Shown here: positions 36,758 through 48,911 of the stretch, piece by piece
How positions within the stretch are numbered: position 1 is the first letter of the stretch
Layout of the letters: every line of letters begins with the position of its first letter
Assembly (NCBI GenBank): GCA_024137785.1
Contig: JAHRHZ010000066.1
Coordinates: forward strand, 10,312,262-10,376,261
Direction of reading: 5' to 3'
Length of the DNA: 64,000 nt
Source of the DNA: Ginglymostoma cirratum
Taxonomy: Eukaryota
The notes under the pieces: generated by a model
What the model was told of the DNA's origin: nothing
What the model saw: only the letters and a program-made list of their open reading frames with translations
The model's database searches: none
Made by a program: the position numbers and the translations under genes

Positions 36758-39351
36758 TTGGAATTATAGTCCAGGAAATGTGCAGAAAAGAAATTCGAAC
36801 AACTTGTAATGTGGAAGACGAAGTTGGGCTTTAACTTCTCAGTTGCTGACCAGGAAATTTGCCTTCAGGGGACTGATCACTTGTGAGCTTTAATGGGATA
36901 GTGGGTCCATTTCATGAACTGCATCTCAATAACGTACACATGGTTTTGTGTATCTCTGAACACACTTCCCAGTGCGGCTTGCTAGCTCTGGGCTGCAACC
37001 ATATTGGGCAGAGAGAAGGCTTTCCTGGACTGGAAGATAACAAATCGAGGGATGGCGTTATATTTCTACCTCTGCTCCTCCTAGCAATAAATAAATCATT
37101 CCAGTATGTTCCCCTTCTGTTTCCCGAATATCTCCCAATTACCTAAATTTTACAGCATTAATCCTGCTGTAACTGATAGCCACAAATTAGCCTATGACTA
37201 GAGTGTGGGTCAATAGGCACCACCCTCATCATCCTCCTCAACAATCACAACAAGAAACCTCTAAGGCACTGACCTTTCTGTCCACTTCACCAACAACTTA
37301 GATTTCTCCTGAGGATCATTCCTTGTACCCAACTCTTTCTCACCTACATGACATTGTTTCCTAATGGTAACTCAATTTCTCCAAGTACAGATGGCGCCCA
37401 ACATTACTTTGTCCCCAGTTCTCGCCAGCACCTCTGTGCTGTTACTCTGCACACCCAGTGTTCAGTCCCAGAACATTCATAACCTGTTCCAGCCAAAGAA
37501 TGGGAAAAACAATCCAGTTTGTGTCTGCACATGCTGAGTAAATGGAAAGCAAGCACAAAATGGAGCCTGACTTATATGGAAAGGGAATCAGACAAACTTC
37601 GATAGGGCATTCAATCATTTTTCCCTCAGCTTCCTCTTGGCTCTTCGTCAAAGCAATCCTCATGACCGAGTGCAAATTCTGCCCTTATGCTATACATTAG
37701 CTGAAACGTAATTCAACTAAATGGTTAGTTTGTATAGAACAGCTTTTAATTGGAGCACCATCTAATGGTGACATGTGGTAAACTGCAAATACTGACGCCA
37801 ATTAGTTTGGACCATGTGTCAGGGATATATGTTAGGCACAGTGAAGACACGATCAGCTCAATGTCATCAAAGAGGCCTTGAATCACTCTAATGGTCCGTC
37901 AGATTTCATTTAATTTTTACAGATGAGTTGCCAACATGACTGATGCTGCTCGTAGACGGCTCATATTTTGGAACGGAGAGGAATTCAATGATGTTAAAGG
38001 TTTCTTGAACAGACCCTGCACATTGATAGCTTTTTTAGCGACTATTCAGGGAACAGAATTGTCACAGGCTGAATGAAAAATATTGATAGACAGAGATCAC
38101 CCCATTGGTGCCCTTTCTCAGGCTGTTGACAACCATCATGCAACCAATTCAACCAATAAGCTTTCTTCTTTATAAAAGCAGGATCTAACAGCATAAGACA
38201 GCACACTAGTTGGCTAGGCGGCTAGAATGATGTACAAAATAACATCAACAGTGTGAGTTCAATCACCATACAGAATGAGGTGGAGTCATAGAACTGTACA
38301 GCACGGAAGCAGACCCTGAAGAGTCCAACTCTTCCACGCTGACCAGATATCCTAAATTAATCTAGTCCCATTTGCCAGCATTTGGTGGCCATTTTCCCCT
38401 AAAACCTTTCCATTCATATAGCCATCCAGATGTCTTTTAAATGTTGTAATTGTACCAGCCTCCACAGTTCCTCTGGCAGCTCATTCTATAAACGCATTGC
38501 CCTCTGCATGAAAAAATTCATCACATTGCATGAAAAAATTCATCACATTGCCCCACTGTAATATTATGGTATGAGACATGATTAGCAATTCTTAGATAAC
38601 AAGGACACTACATGAAGAGAAAGATCAGTCTAAATCCTAAAATTCTATAGCTTAATGAGCCTAGGTCTTCCAGACAGCAGGCTGACCCTCCTGTACTGCA
38701 AGCTTGACTGACATACGCGATGATTTACCTGGTTCTACCTCCTGCAGCTCTTTGAGGGTTGTTGCTCGTGCTTGCTAGAGATGCAGTGAAACCAGATGTT
38801 GTAATGTGTTTCTCCCTTCTATACCGCTGGCCCATGTAGCAAGCCTTTGAAAAAAGGAAAAGGAATGTATGTTACAATATTGAGAACTCAGGAATTCTTC
38901 CAATGGTGTTAACATGATAACGAGCTGTGTATACCAATATTAACAGCTAGTGAGTGGAAAGGTGGAGAAAATATTACTAAGAAATGATGGTGATAACTTT
39001 AAACTTGTGAGCCACTTCCTGCCTCATACACTTTCATTCCTCCTAAACTCCCAGACTCTGTGTTTACACCCAATGTAGGATGTTAGTGAGCAGGAATTTG
39101 AGAGCCTCTGTCCTGTACAAATTCACTTCCTTCTGATAGAAGCCACTGTAGAGAATTAAACTTATAACCATCTAGAATTTAATCATGTTAACATTTCATC
39201 TTTGTAATACTGTAACCTGTTTAACATTGGAATTGTTAGAAACTTAGGAGAGAAAAGTTCCTATAATGTGAAATCTTGGGGTGAAAGGGTGCAACGGTAT
39301 ACATCCCGGTGCCTTTTAATATGGACCTTCAAGCTCTCTAAGACCTTAGGG

Positions 39352-39570
39352 AATCATAGAATCAGAGAATTCTAACGGGGCAGAGAGGGGCCATTCGGCC
39401 CATCGTGTCCTCACCCACCCTCCGAACAGCATCCCTCCTAGCCCCAGCCACTACACTATCCCCGTAAACCCACATTTACTGCGGCTAATCCACCTACCCT
39501 GCACGTCTTTGGACTGTGGGAGCCAACCGCAGCACATGGTGAAAACTCACAAGACAGAAAAAGAGAACGT
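39352..39570 (-). mobile_element. HE1-like (V-SINE) partial copy
   Basis: Reverse complement of the 3' part of the 40704 and 58460 copies. Confidence 0.65.
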
Positions 39571-39955
39571 GGAAACCAATTACATTTTAAATTATTCACG
39601 CCAATACAATGAACTCCGGCAATTATAAGGGCAAAGCATTAGCTTGACCTTGTTTACATTCATTGATTCTTTTTTTCAGAAACTTTGCTAGAAATTTTGT
39701 CAAGTTCCGGATCTAGTGTTGCTGAGAAACAGTGATGATTTTATTTCTGTTTTGGATCGCTGAAGTACGCGTACAAAACGTCAGTTTAAACTTGATTATG
39801 TTGCTCACTCAAAAAAAGACCAGTTAAGCTGGCGGGTGTGTTACCAAAAGAAACAGTCACATTCTAAAGGTATACAGGATTTACCTGTCAGTGCAGAAAA
39901 GGGTCACATATGGCACATAGCAAGCAGCCGTTGCAGACCTGTTTTGCAACTGGAA

Positions 39956-40386
39956 TGTGAACTGTAGTCATGTGGACGGAGTGAAACTGACATGGGCCAT
40001 CACAGAGCTGTCATGCACCTCCAGAAGCTTTCAGTAGCTATGTAGCAATTTCCACACTGGATTCAGGATGAAAGGGCAGAGCCAAGACCCCACCTTCATG
40101 TAACACCACAGCAGACTGCCTTACACTAACGTTAAAGGTCATAGCAACATAAGGAAGAAGCAATGTGACTGCAAGACACAGGAAAGAAGAAGCAGCAAGC
40201 TCTCAGCTGAGTAACCTGCCCCATGTCCAAGGATAGCTCAGGGATTAAGGTCCATTGCAACCAGTAGACTACTATCTGGTGTTCAGTTTCATACTTTTAT
40301 TTTTAATAAATCTTCCTGTGTTGTTAAAAAACAAGTTTTCCCTCTGCTGAATTTATTTGTCAAGTCCAAAGACCCTAGAATTCACA
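39956..40386 (+). mobile_element. Solo LTR (431 bp)
   Basis: Termini TGTGAA...TTCACA (6-bp inverted repeat); flanks tggaa/tggat (5-bp TSD, one mismatch); AATAAA at 40305. Confidence 0.65.
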
Positions 40387-40703
40387 TGGATTCTCTTGTC
40401 TTGAAGCAGATTTGTATTTTAGAGTCACTGCATTTCCCGGCAGTTAGAATCACATTTCCGTCCCGCATTTCAATTTATAAAATCATAGATGGCAATTCAT
40501 CATAAAACTGGGTTGGATTGGAAGCATTTATAATATGAAAACTTTCAATGAGTCATTGTTCCTGGAGCCCAGTTATAAGTTACAGCTGTATTATGTTGCT
40601 TGTTAGAGTAAGAGCATGTCTGATCATAAAGAAGGAACTGTATAGTAGATTGAATGCTTTTTAATTGGGTTGCACTACAGTTCTAGCAATTTAACAGACA
40701 CTA

Positions 40704-41011
40704 TGGGCAGCATTGCTGCCTCACAGCACCAGAGACCCAGGTTCAAATCCAGCCTTGCGTGACTGTCTATGTGGAGTTTGTACATTCTCCTTGTATCTGC
40801 ATGGTTTTCTGCCAGGTGTTCTAAGTCCAAAGAAGTGTAGGCTAAGTGGATTGACCATGTAAAATTACGTGTAGTGTGCAGGCTAGGTAGATTATCCATG
40901 GCAAATGTAGGGTTATAGGGTGGGAAGTGGTGGGTTTGGGTGGACTGTTCTCTAGGGGGTTGATGTGGACACAATGAGCCAAATGACCTGCTTCCACACT
41001 GTAGGGATTCT
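40704..41011 (+). mobile_element. HE1 (V-SINE family) tRNA-derived SINE
   Basis: gctgcctcacagcaccagagacccaggttcaaatcc head; V-domain gtggagtttgtacattctcc; CR1-type tail ttccacactgtagggattct. Confidence 0.85.
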
Positions 41012-42349
41012 GTGGCATGAATTCTAGACCATTGAGCTGATGTGTAGCTTATTACTAGCAATTTTATCTTCCATCTTTTTATGCATTTGATTCCAGGTCA
41101 AGTAGGTTCTTGGCATAGTATTGACCAGCAGCAATGGTGCTGGTTAACCCTGGATTTGAGGATAATGTCTCCTCACAGTCACAATTTTCTGCCATGGGTC
41201 CATATGTGACTGAACAGGCCAAATCTTGACTTTCAGTTCTTCGAGAAATGTCATGTGTTTGCCCTGTGAGGTAGTTAGATTCAGAGTTCAGGATTTGCCT
41301 CCTTCTGTATCCTTTTCTAACACTGCACTGCCTCAGCATTACGACATCATGCAGCTTGATAGACAAGTTATTCCCATTCTGCACAATTGGCAGCAGGTTC
41401 CTCCCCATCTATAAGTATTAATGCTGTTACGTGTCAAAACAAAAATGCTTGCAGTATCTTTGAAGCTTTTGACATTTGAAAGTTGGAAAAACAGGACCTG
41501 GCAAAGGGATGCTTTTCAGCCATCTCAACAATGTTCCATTCATTAAAATTGTATGTAAGTTTTGACATCATTTGTTTTAAAGTTTGGATTTTGAATTAGT
41601 GGTATTTGGGTTTGGGCTGTGTGTACAAGATGGTTCAACAATTAACTTGTCGGTATTTCTTGAGCTATGCCTTTGTTTTTGAAACCCGTATGAGAGAGAT
41701 AGTTCCTGGAATGGCAATGGGAATTTTGTTTCCATTGGAAGAGCTTGTTGAGCAGACAAAATAAACATTGAAGAGCATTATCCTGCTTTCAGGGAGAGGG
41801 GTCAGGGATTGATTTTGTTTTCCTCAGGGAAATACCCAAAGCTCGGAAAACTTTTTTTTTTCAGTTTGCATAATCATAGTTGAAGTTGGATGTAAGAAAG
41901 AGTTCCCCTGGAGCAAGCAGTTAGTTCAGATAAGTTACCTCAAAGTTAGATTTTTAGTTCAGAAGTTAATATATTTTAACATTATTTATTTTAGAGGTTG
42001 GACTTTGAATTTGTTCCATGCGGGATTTCTTCAGGAGGTTTAATAATTAATTTTTCAGTATTTCTGGAGCAAAGTTTTTTGCTGCCAGTGTTAATGATAC
42101 ACAGTGCAGAGCTCACACTGTACAAGACTATGTACATTAAGACATTTGTTGATTGGTGCCATCATTTGAAGAGGTATCCAGAAGAGGATGACACAATCAC
42201 AGATACTATTGCCCAAAGACATGCCACAACCTTCATATATCTGTTGTCCATGTGCAGGTTCTTGATTAAGTGCTCCCTTGTCCCCATCATTAATTCTCCA
42301 TTGCAGGAACCTTGGGCGTTGTGCTTGTTGAAACAATCTTGACCTGTTG

Positions 42350-42613
42350 GTGGTCAGGTTTTAGCGACATCGCGAGCCACAATGACCAGGACCATCTTCC
42401 CTCTACAGCCTTCTTCTGCCTTTATGGTTGGTGACATGCAGCAGCATCCTTTTCCTGTTCAGCTATTGAGGACTTTTTGGACTGCATTTGGACTGGCAAC
42501 TGTCCCTAGTCCTGTCACCACTGGTGGCTCTGCCATGACCAAAGAGCATTGCTCAAGGGATCATCGGAGTTCATAATCCTCTCTGCCATATCAAGGTAGC
42601 AATACATGGAGGG
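42350..42613 (-). mobile_element. RTE-clade LINE 5' UTR-like remnant
   Basis: Minus strand ccttgatatggcagagagg...ctccgatgatcccttgagcaatgc resembles the RTE 5' motif (recalled consensus). Confidence 0.4.
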
Positions 42614-44394
42614 ACCCTAAGTGCCACCTTCTCACTGAGATACAACACAGTTGTCCTCTCCATAAAGTGCCCTGTGGTGCTACATTTTCTTCCTAAACTC
42701 GCACAGTAGCATCTCTACCTTCCTTCGTATTGTGGGGAATTTCAATGCCTTCAGAATTCATAAATCAGTACAATTCTCCAATAGCTAGTTAGTTTTAATT
42801 TTCTATTTTCAAATGACTCAGTTCGGTTAGCTGGATGGCTGGTTTGTGATACAGAGTGCTGCCAACACAATGGGTTCAATTCCTGCACAGACTGAGATTA
42901 CCATGAAGGACTCTCCTTGTCAGCCTTTCCCTTGCCTGAGGCTTGATGACTCTTAGGTTAGACCCCCACCACTCATAACCGGAATGAGAGAGCTGCCCTA
43001 CGGTAGCAACTTTACTTTTACCTTTAATGAATCCCCCTTGTGATTGCTCATTTTTAAATGGATGCTACAACTCTTTACATGGTTGCAATGCGGCAGGAAA
43101 TCGATGCCCACCCATGTCATGACATTCTGCCAGAGAAATCTTCAAGTTTATAGCTGAGAAACTGCAAGAAGTGCATTGAATTAGTATTAGATTCAGAGAG
43201 GCTTTGTTTAAAATCCCAATCTATCGGAATTACAGAAGCACAAACAGCAATTTCAATTCTACATTTTTCACAAGGTATTTCCCCAAACCCTCACATGGAT
43301 GTCCAATGATCGGTAACATTGAGTTTAAAATTAACAGATCTAGCGAGTTTGAAATCTTCAAAATTAACTCTGAGCAGTTTGGTTATCAGAGTACTTTGAT
43401 CCCATGGCATTACTCCATAGGTTAATTGTACATAAGGGGAGATGAACAAGGTCCAGAGAAAGAGAACTGATAATCTCCGAGAAAAGAAGCTTCAAGTAAT
43501 TGCTACTTTTATCTTCTTCAGGAAAGTTTTCTCAAAGTGGAGAAACACTAATTGAGGAATAAACGACAGTCAAGTAGGTAAATTTTAAAAATTTCTTTGT
43601 TCATTTGAGACTGGTATTACATAGCAATACAGAATCAGATAAAATAGATCACTGTCAACAGAATAACAGAGTCTGCTTTCCAGCATTGTTTAATATTCTA
43701 TAAAGGGAAAGGCTGCATTGTTTTTGTGTGCATTTTTAAATTAAGTTCTGCAGTTCCAAACTAAGAAGAAATGGTTTCTTTATCTTTTTCCAGACATTTG
43801 GCCAATGTGTTTTCAGGCTGTTTTAATTGAGCAAGGCTGTTACTTATGTTAAAGTGCCTATGTGAACTGATAGTTCAATAGGAATAATAAGAACATGAAA
43901 ACAGTTAGCTCACGTCCATTGTAATGTAAGTTTAAATGTATGATAAGTCTTAACTGCAATCAATCAACCTTGCTGGAGCTGAAACTTTATTTTACACAGC
44001 ACAGTTTCATACTTTCAACGCATTCAGTTCAAGACCCAATGATTTGAAGAATTGTTGTTATTTGCCCCGTTCACACAAGCTCCAGATCTCCTGTGGGTAA
44101 TGCTGCAGTGAAATTGTTAACCAATTTCTGTAAATTGCTGTATATACACACATTAAAACATTTTAAGCATCCTTGTTGATTGCAAAGTAAGCTCACTTTC
44201 TTTTTGTCTGAACGCACTGCAAAGTTATTGTCTGAACATTTGACCTTTGGCGTAAGTTTTGTGTTCTCTGGCAAACAACCATCCAAATAATCTGAAAAAC
44301 AAAATCCAGCCCAAGCCAGCACTTGAGTCAGAAAAGTTTCTGCCTCTTTGGAGGCAAATTCTAAAAACTTTTCTTTTCATCCTAATACAGTATG

Positions 44395-44757
44395 AACAAC
44401 AGGCAGAAAAATATAGATAAGGTGAATGACAAGGGTCTTTTCCCTAGGCAGCATGGGGTGGGGAGGGACTTCAAAACTAGGGGACATATTTTTAAGGTGA
44501 ACAGAGAAAGATTAAGAAAGGACATGAGGGACAACATTTTTATGTAGAGAGTGGTTCGCGTGTGGAATGAACTGCCAGAGAAAGTGATGGATGCAGGTTC
44601 AGTTACAACATTTAAAAGACATTTGGATAAGTTCATGAATAGGGAACGTTTGGAGGGATATGGAACAATGTGGAACTTGTTTAGTTTGGGAACATGTTCG
44701 AGTAGAATGGTTGGACCGAAGGATCTGTTTCCATGTTGTATGACTCTGTGACTCTAA
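44395..44757 (+). mobile_element. CR1 (HER1-like) LINE 3' end
   Basis: VVRVWNELPEKVMDAGSVTTFKRHLDKFMNR plus tgactctgtgactct tail. Confidence 0.88.
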
Positions 44758-45211
44758 GTGGAAAGTTCACGAAAGGTATAAATATACTGAGCTGCCTTCA
44801 GATTCTGTGGTGTAACAGAAGGAATCTCTAAGTTCCAACACTGGAGGTACAAGCACAGCCAGAATTTTCCCATTAGCTGTTCAAAGGTGTTGTCCAGGCA
44901 CTTTCACAGTGTCATTCACAACATGGCCCAGGGAGAGCTATCTTGTGCAATTTTCAGCTTTTCACCATAGTATTAATGCAAGCAAGATGTGCTATGCTGT
45001 GCTCCTCTCCTATTACCAGCAATGCTAACTCTTCCTTCTTCCAAACAAGCTTTTATCCACCTTCTCTACGCTAATTCCCTCTCTCCTCTTATATAGGTAC
45101 TAGCATAGGCTGAATAATGTTGAGAATCCAAGTTTTACATCCTTGCCTGATTTAGTCATCTCACTCGCTGTCATTCTCACCATACCAGTGACAGGAACAT
45201 TCTGCACGCTG

Positions 45212-45463
45212 TGTCGTGTAAGGTATTGGTTCTGAAGGGGTTAATGTTTATGTTATATCAGCTGTACTCAATCTACTGATGCGACACACAGTGTCAGTGG
45301 AGGCAATAAATTCTACTTTAGTCTTCAGAGGGCGTAGTGGTATCTATATCAGCTGTTTGAGATCCTAGTATAATGCCTGACTAGAATGTAGTTGCAATAA
45401 ACCTTGTTAACTTAGAACAGTGTATACTCTATGTTGGTATATCCTCTCCCAGTAACCACTACA
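45212..45463 (+). mobile_element. Possible short solo LTR
   Basis: TGTCGTG...CACTACA imperfect terminal inverted repeat with AATAAA ~65 nt before the end; no clear TSD. Confidence 0.4.
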
Positions 45464-45624
45464 TAGCCTTGGAAATAGTATTGACAAAGGAGGTTTGATG
45501 GTAGCAAACTACTTCAGATCTGTGCCCAGAGATTAAGCCACCACTGAATGCCAGTAATGGTGATCAGAGTAATACCACATGCTGGCAGCTGTGGTAGTGT
45601 AAAGATCACTGGTCCCACTAACAC

Positions 45625-45634
45625 CATACACACA

Positions 45635-45677
<43 letters not shown>

Positions 45678-45678
45678 A
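45625..45678. repeat. (CA)n microsatellite
   Basis: Direct observation. Confidence 0.95.
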
Positions 45679-45895
45679 TGCTGACTAACACAAGTCATTC
45701 ACCTTGCAATCTCGTGGGTCTGGGAACATTAATGAGAGCTGCATTTATTTGAAATCCTAAAAATGCAAAACAGTTATAGAAGAACTGGAAAAGTTATCTC
45801 TCTTAAGTCAAATGTTGAGAAGCAGTACATTAGCCTTTTTTAAAATTGGTGTAGTTACACTATTCGTCAAGACAGTCTTGACCAGCCTTGAAACC

Positions 45896-46018
45896 TATTT
45901 AAGGCTTCCTGGGTGGAGTTAAACTATTTTTACAGCTGACCCTAGATTAGGTTACAACTTTTGACACAGACACTGCCGCGGCCCTCGAGCTGATCAGATA
46001 CCATTGATCTTCACCTAA
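45896..46018 (+). promoter_or_regulatory. Candidate TATA-like box and non-coding first exon of the PRTase gene
   Basis: TATTTAAG at 45896 and donor gtaaga at 46019. The start ATG at 46502 lies 1 nt after a strong acceptor, so an upstream exon is expected. Confidence 0.5.
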
Positions 46019-46501
46019 GTAAGAACCAATCTTTCTCTCAATATTTGGTTTTGGTTTCGCAAGCGATTAATATTATAAAAGACAGAGATAGTTTTCATAT
46101 AACAGACATGGGAAACTGATTATCTTGTTCCAGTATTTCACAGGGAAGAAGGTTAAAACACGAGCAACAGTTTTCAACATGAAGGAGGAAGAGTTAGGTA
46201 TTCCTGGGCCTACCACAATTATGACAGAGTTCAGACAATAAGAATGGAAACCTGTTGTTTTCAGGGAATGAAGAGAATGCTCAAATTCCTTGTGTTGAGA
46301 CTGTAAGAGCTTCCAAAAACTAAAACTACATTTATATTATAGAAATGAAAGGATATGTCTGTTGGGTACAATGAAGGAAGGCGGGAAGATGTTCAAGTGG
46401 AGCATAACACTGGAATGTACAAGTTGAATAGATTGATCTGTTTCTGTGCTGCAATTTCTGTGTACCTCTATCTTTGATCAATTGTTTTTCCTTTCCCTAG
46501 C

Positions 46502-46624
46502 ATGGATGCATTGAATATACCCGCAGAGCGTGAAAAAAGTTGGTATTTAGCTCTCATGGCACCCAACATAAAGGGCCCACAGTATGCCTGGCTTGATCCA
46601 TCCCGACTCTATTGTAACCAACAG
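46502..46624 (+). CDS. APRT-like type I phosphoribosyltransferase, coding exon 1
   Basis: ttttcctttccctag|cATG; MDALNIPAEREKSWYLALMAPNIKGPQYAWLDPSRLYCNQQ; donor gtagaa, phase 0. Confidence 0.85.
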
Positions 46625-46997
46625 GTAGAAGACTTAATAATATCCAATCATTTAAATGTAATGGTACTGACATTGGGTAACATTGTTTGTATCATACAGT
46701 AATAATACAACTGCAGCTCAGTGGACATTTTACACATTCCTAGAAAGACCAACACCAATCAAATACATAGAAAAAAACAACACATCCTCACCTATTTTTA
46801 GAACACTATTATTTTGATTTCTAAAACTGTTAGTTTTTGAAGGCATGCTACTGCTTGTTTAAAATATTCAAGTTGAAGCCAGCATGTTGGTCTCAGAGGA
46901 AGATTCTAGTCCAGAATTGGCCTGAGTCGCCTCAGATTTTGATCAGAAGTCTGAGTAGGGAGGGGAAGCAGCTATGTCTCCTCAACCAGACCAAAGC

Positions 46998-48012
46998 ACC
47001 CATAGGCTAGCTTCTTGTCCAATGGGAAAAGGGGCACTCTTGGACCTGGTTTTTGGGAACAATGTGTGCCAAGTGGAACAAATGCCAGTAGGGGAACACA
47101 TGTACCAGACAGTGATTGTTATATCTTACAGTGCAGATTGGTTATGGACAAAAGACAAATAACTGACCCAATAAGAAAATAATTAACTGGTGGATAACCA
47201 GCTTTGGTGGATGAGAAGAAAATTGGCTCAGATCAATTGGAATTAGAGATTGCAGGCAAAACATTAGCTAAACAATGAGCTGCATTCAGAGAAGAGAATA
47301 GAAAATTGATAAGGAGTGGGTATTGGATAGGCTATCTGTACTTAAAGTTAATAAGGCACAAGAACCAAGTGTGAGGCATCCAAGGATGTTGAGGGAAGTG
47401 AGAGTGCAAATTACAGATGAATTAGACACAACTTTCCAGTCTTCCGTAGACTTGGATATGGCGCCTGAGCAGTGTAGAATTGCAGATGTTCCATAGTTAT
47501 TCTAAAATGGGTGTAAAGACAAGTCCTGCTACTAAGGCCAGTCAATTACACTTCTGGGGGTGGGAAGCTTTTAGAAACAATCATTTGGGATGGGAAAAAA
47601 AAACCATAGTCCCTAAGGCAATATCCTTGGATGCCTCACACTTGGTTCTTGTGCCTTATTAACTTTAAGTACAGATAGCCTATTCAATACCCACTCCTTA
47701 TCAATTTTCTATTCTCTTCTCTGAATGCAGCTCATTGTTTAGCTAATGTTTTGCCTGCAATCTCTAATTCCAATTGATCTGAGCCAATTTTCTTCTCATC
47801 CACCAAAGCTGGTGATCCACCAGTTAATTATTTTCTTATTGGGTCAGTTATTTGTCTTTTGTCCATAACCAATCTGCACTGTAAGATATAACAATCACTG
47901 TCTGGTACATGTGTTCCCCTACTGGCATTTGTTCCACTTGGCACACATTGTTGCCAAAAACCAGGTCCAAGAGTGCCCCCTTTCCCATTGGACAAGAAGC
48001 TAGCCTATGGGT
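46998..48012. repeat. Near-perfect inverted repeat: 394-bp arms (46998-47391 and 47619-48012), 227-bp spacer
   Basis: Base-by-base comparison by eye shows about 5 mismatches and no indels. Confidence 0.95.
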
Positions 48013-48216
48013 TAATTAAAGCGAGCCAGCAAAGATTTGTTAAGTGTTATGTTTGTGTTGGACTTTTTTGATAAGTTAACAGAGAGCTTTGATACTGGTA
48101 ATGCTACTGATGTGCTGTTTGCGGACTACCAGAAGCACCACATGACAAACTTCAGAGCAATGTTGTATCTCATGGACTGTAGCAACACACAAAATTAGCC
48201 CAAGGACGCACAAGGA

Positions 48217-48911
48217 TTTTAGATTTAGATTTTATCGCCACGTGTACTCAAGTACAGAAGTACAGGAGTACAGTGAACAGTGTATAATGTTGCCACACAT
48301 GGCACCACCTTGGGTACAAAAGTACCTAGGGACAAGAAACTAAGGTACGAAGTAATAAAAGAAACAAACTTAAAAAGTTAAGCATTACCCTCATAGAATG
48401 AGTAGAAACACAAAGAAGTCAGGATATAGTTAACATTAAAGTCTTTCTTAATTTAAACTGGAAAATAAAGGAATTAAATTAAAAGCTCACCAGTCTTTGA
48501 TGAGTTCTTCACTTATTTCCTGCTCTGGGAGACCTCAGCTGTCTGTTCTCGATGCCACGGCTGCAGATACTCGGAGACCTCCCTCGCTGCTGACTCTTCC
48601 GGCATTCGGCTACGATGCCGTCGCTGGTGCTGAATCTGCCACCTCCCAGACCTACTCCTGGCACCTCTGAAACATGTCCCAGCAGGACGCAATCGCTCGC
48701 TAATTCAAGAGACTGGGTCATGACACTGCCAAGAGCGGCCGAGAGACTAGGCTGGGACACCACCACAGGTACCTCGTCAGGTCCGCACTGAGGCTGAGAA
48801 GAATCACCAAGGGAAAAGGATAAAAAAAAGAGCAAAAAACAAACTGATAAATAAACGGACGGAGCGAACAAGTTCCAGCCGGAGCGTTCTACTCTGCTGC
48901 CACCTTGGATC
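48217..48911 (-). mobile_element. Short non-autonomous LINE derivative (L2/Rex-Babar type ends)
   Basis: Minus strand starts gatccaaggtggcagcag and ends ttcactgtac...gtacacgtggcgataaaatctaaatctaaaa; agga direct repeat on both flanks; the host CR1 resumes after it. Confidence 0.6.

Larger units (their letters stand above)
37923..43490 (+). pseudogene. Putative decayed caspase-like (clan CD, C14) gene
   Basis: Colinear remnants after AG acceptors: MTDAARRRLIFWNGEEFNDVKGFLNRPCT (37936), ETLLEILSSSGSSVAEK (~39680), CLLTVTIFCHGS (41166-41201), FEFVPCG (Cys codon 42019), GAKFFAAS and TFVDWCHHLKRYP (42060-42180). Stops and frameshifts lie between them. Confidence 0.45.

Noticed and set aside
38506-38550. 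Short tandem duplication tgcatgaaaaaattcatcacat x2
   Set aside because: Small local duplication at the truncation point of a CR1 fragment; no sign of function.
38729-38844. Minus-strand segment with good acceptor and donor sites
   Set aside because: Isolated, with no recognisable product or partner exons; could be chance or a lncRNA exon and cannot be supported from sequence alone.
42815-43022. tRNA-like sequences here and at ~1990, ~33695, 40704 and 58460
   Set aside because: A/B boxes are present but there is no cloverleaf, and each continues into a SINE body; these are SINE heads, not tRNA genes.
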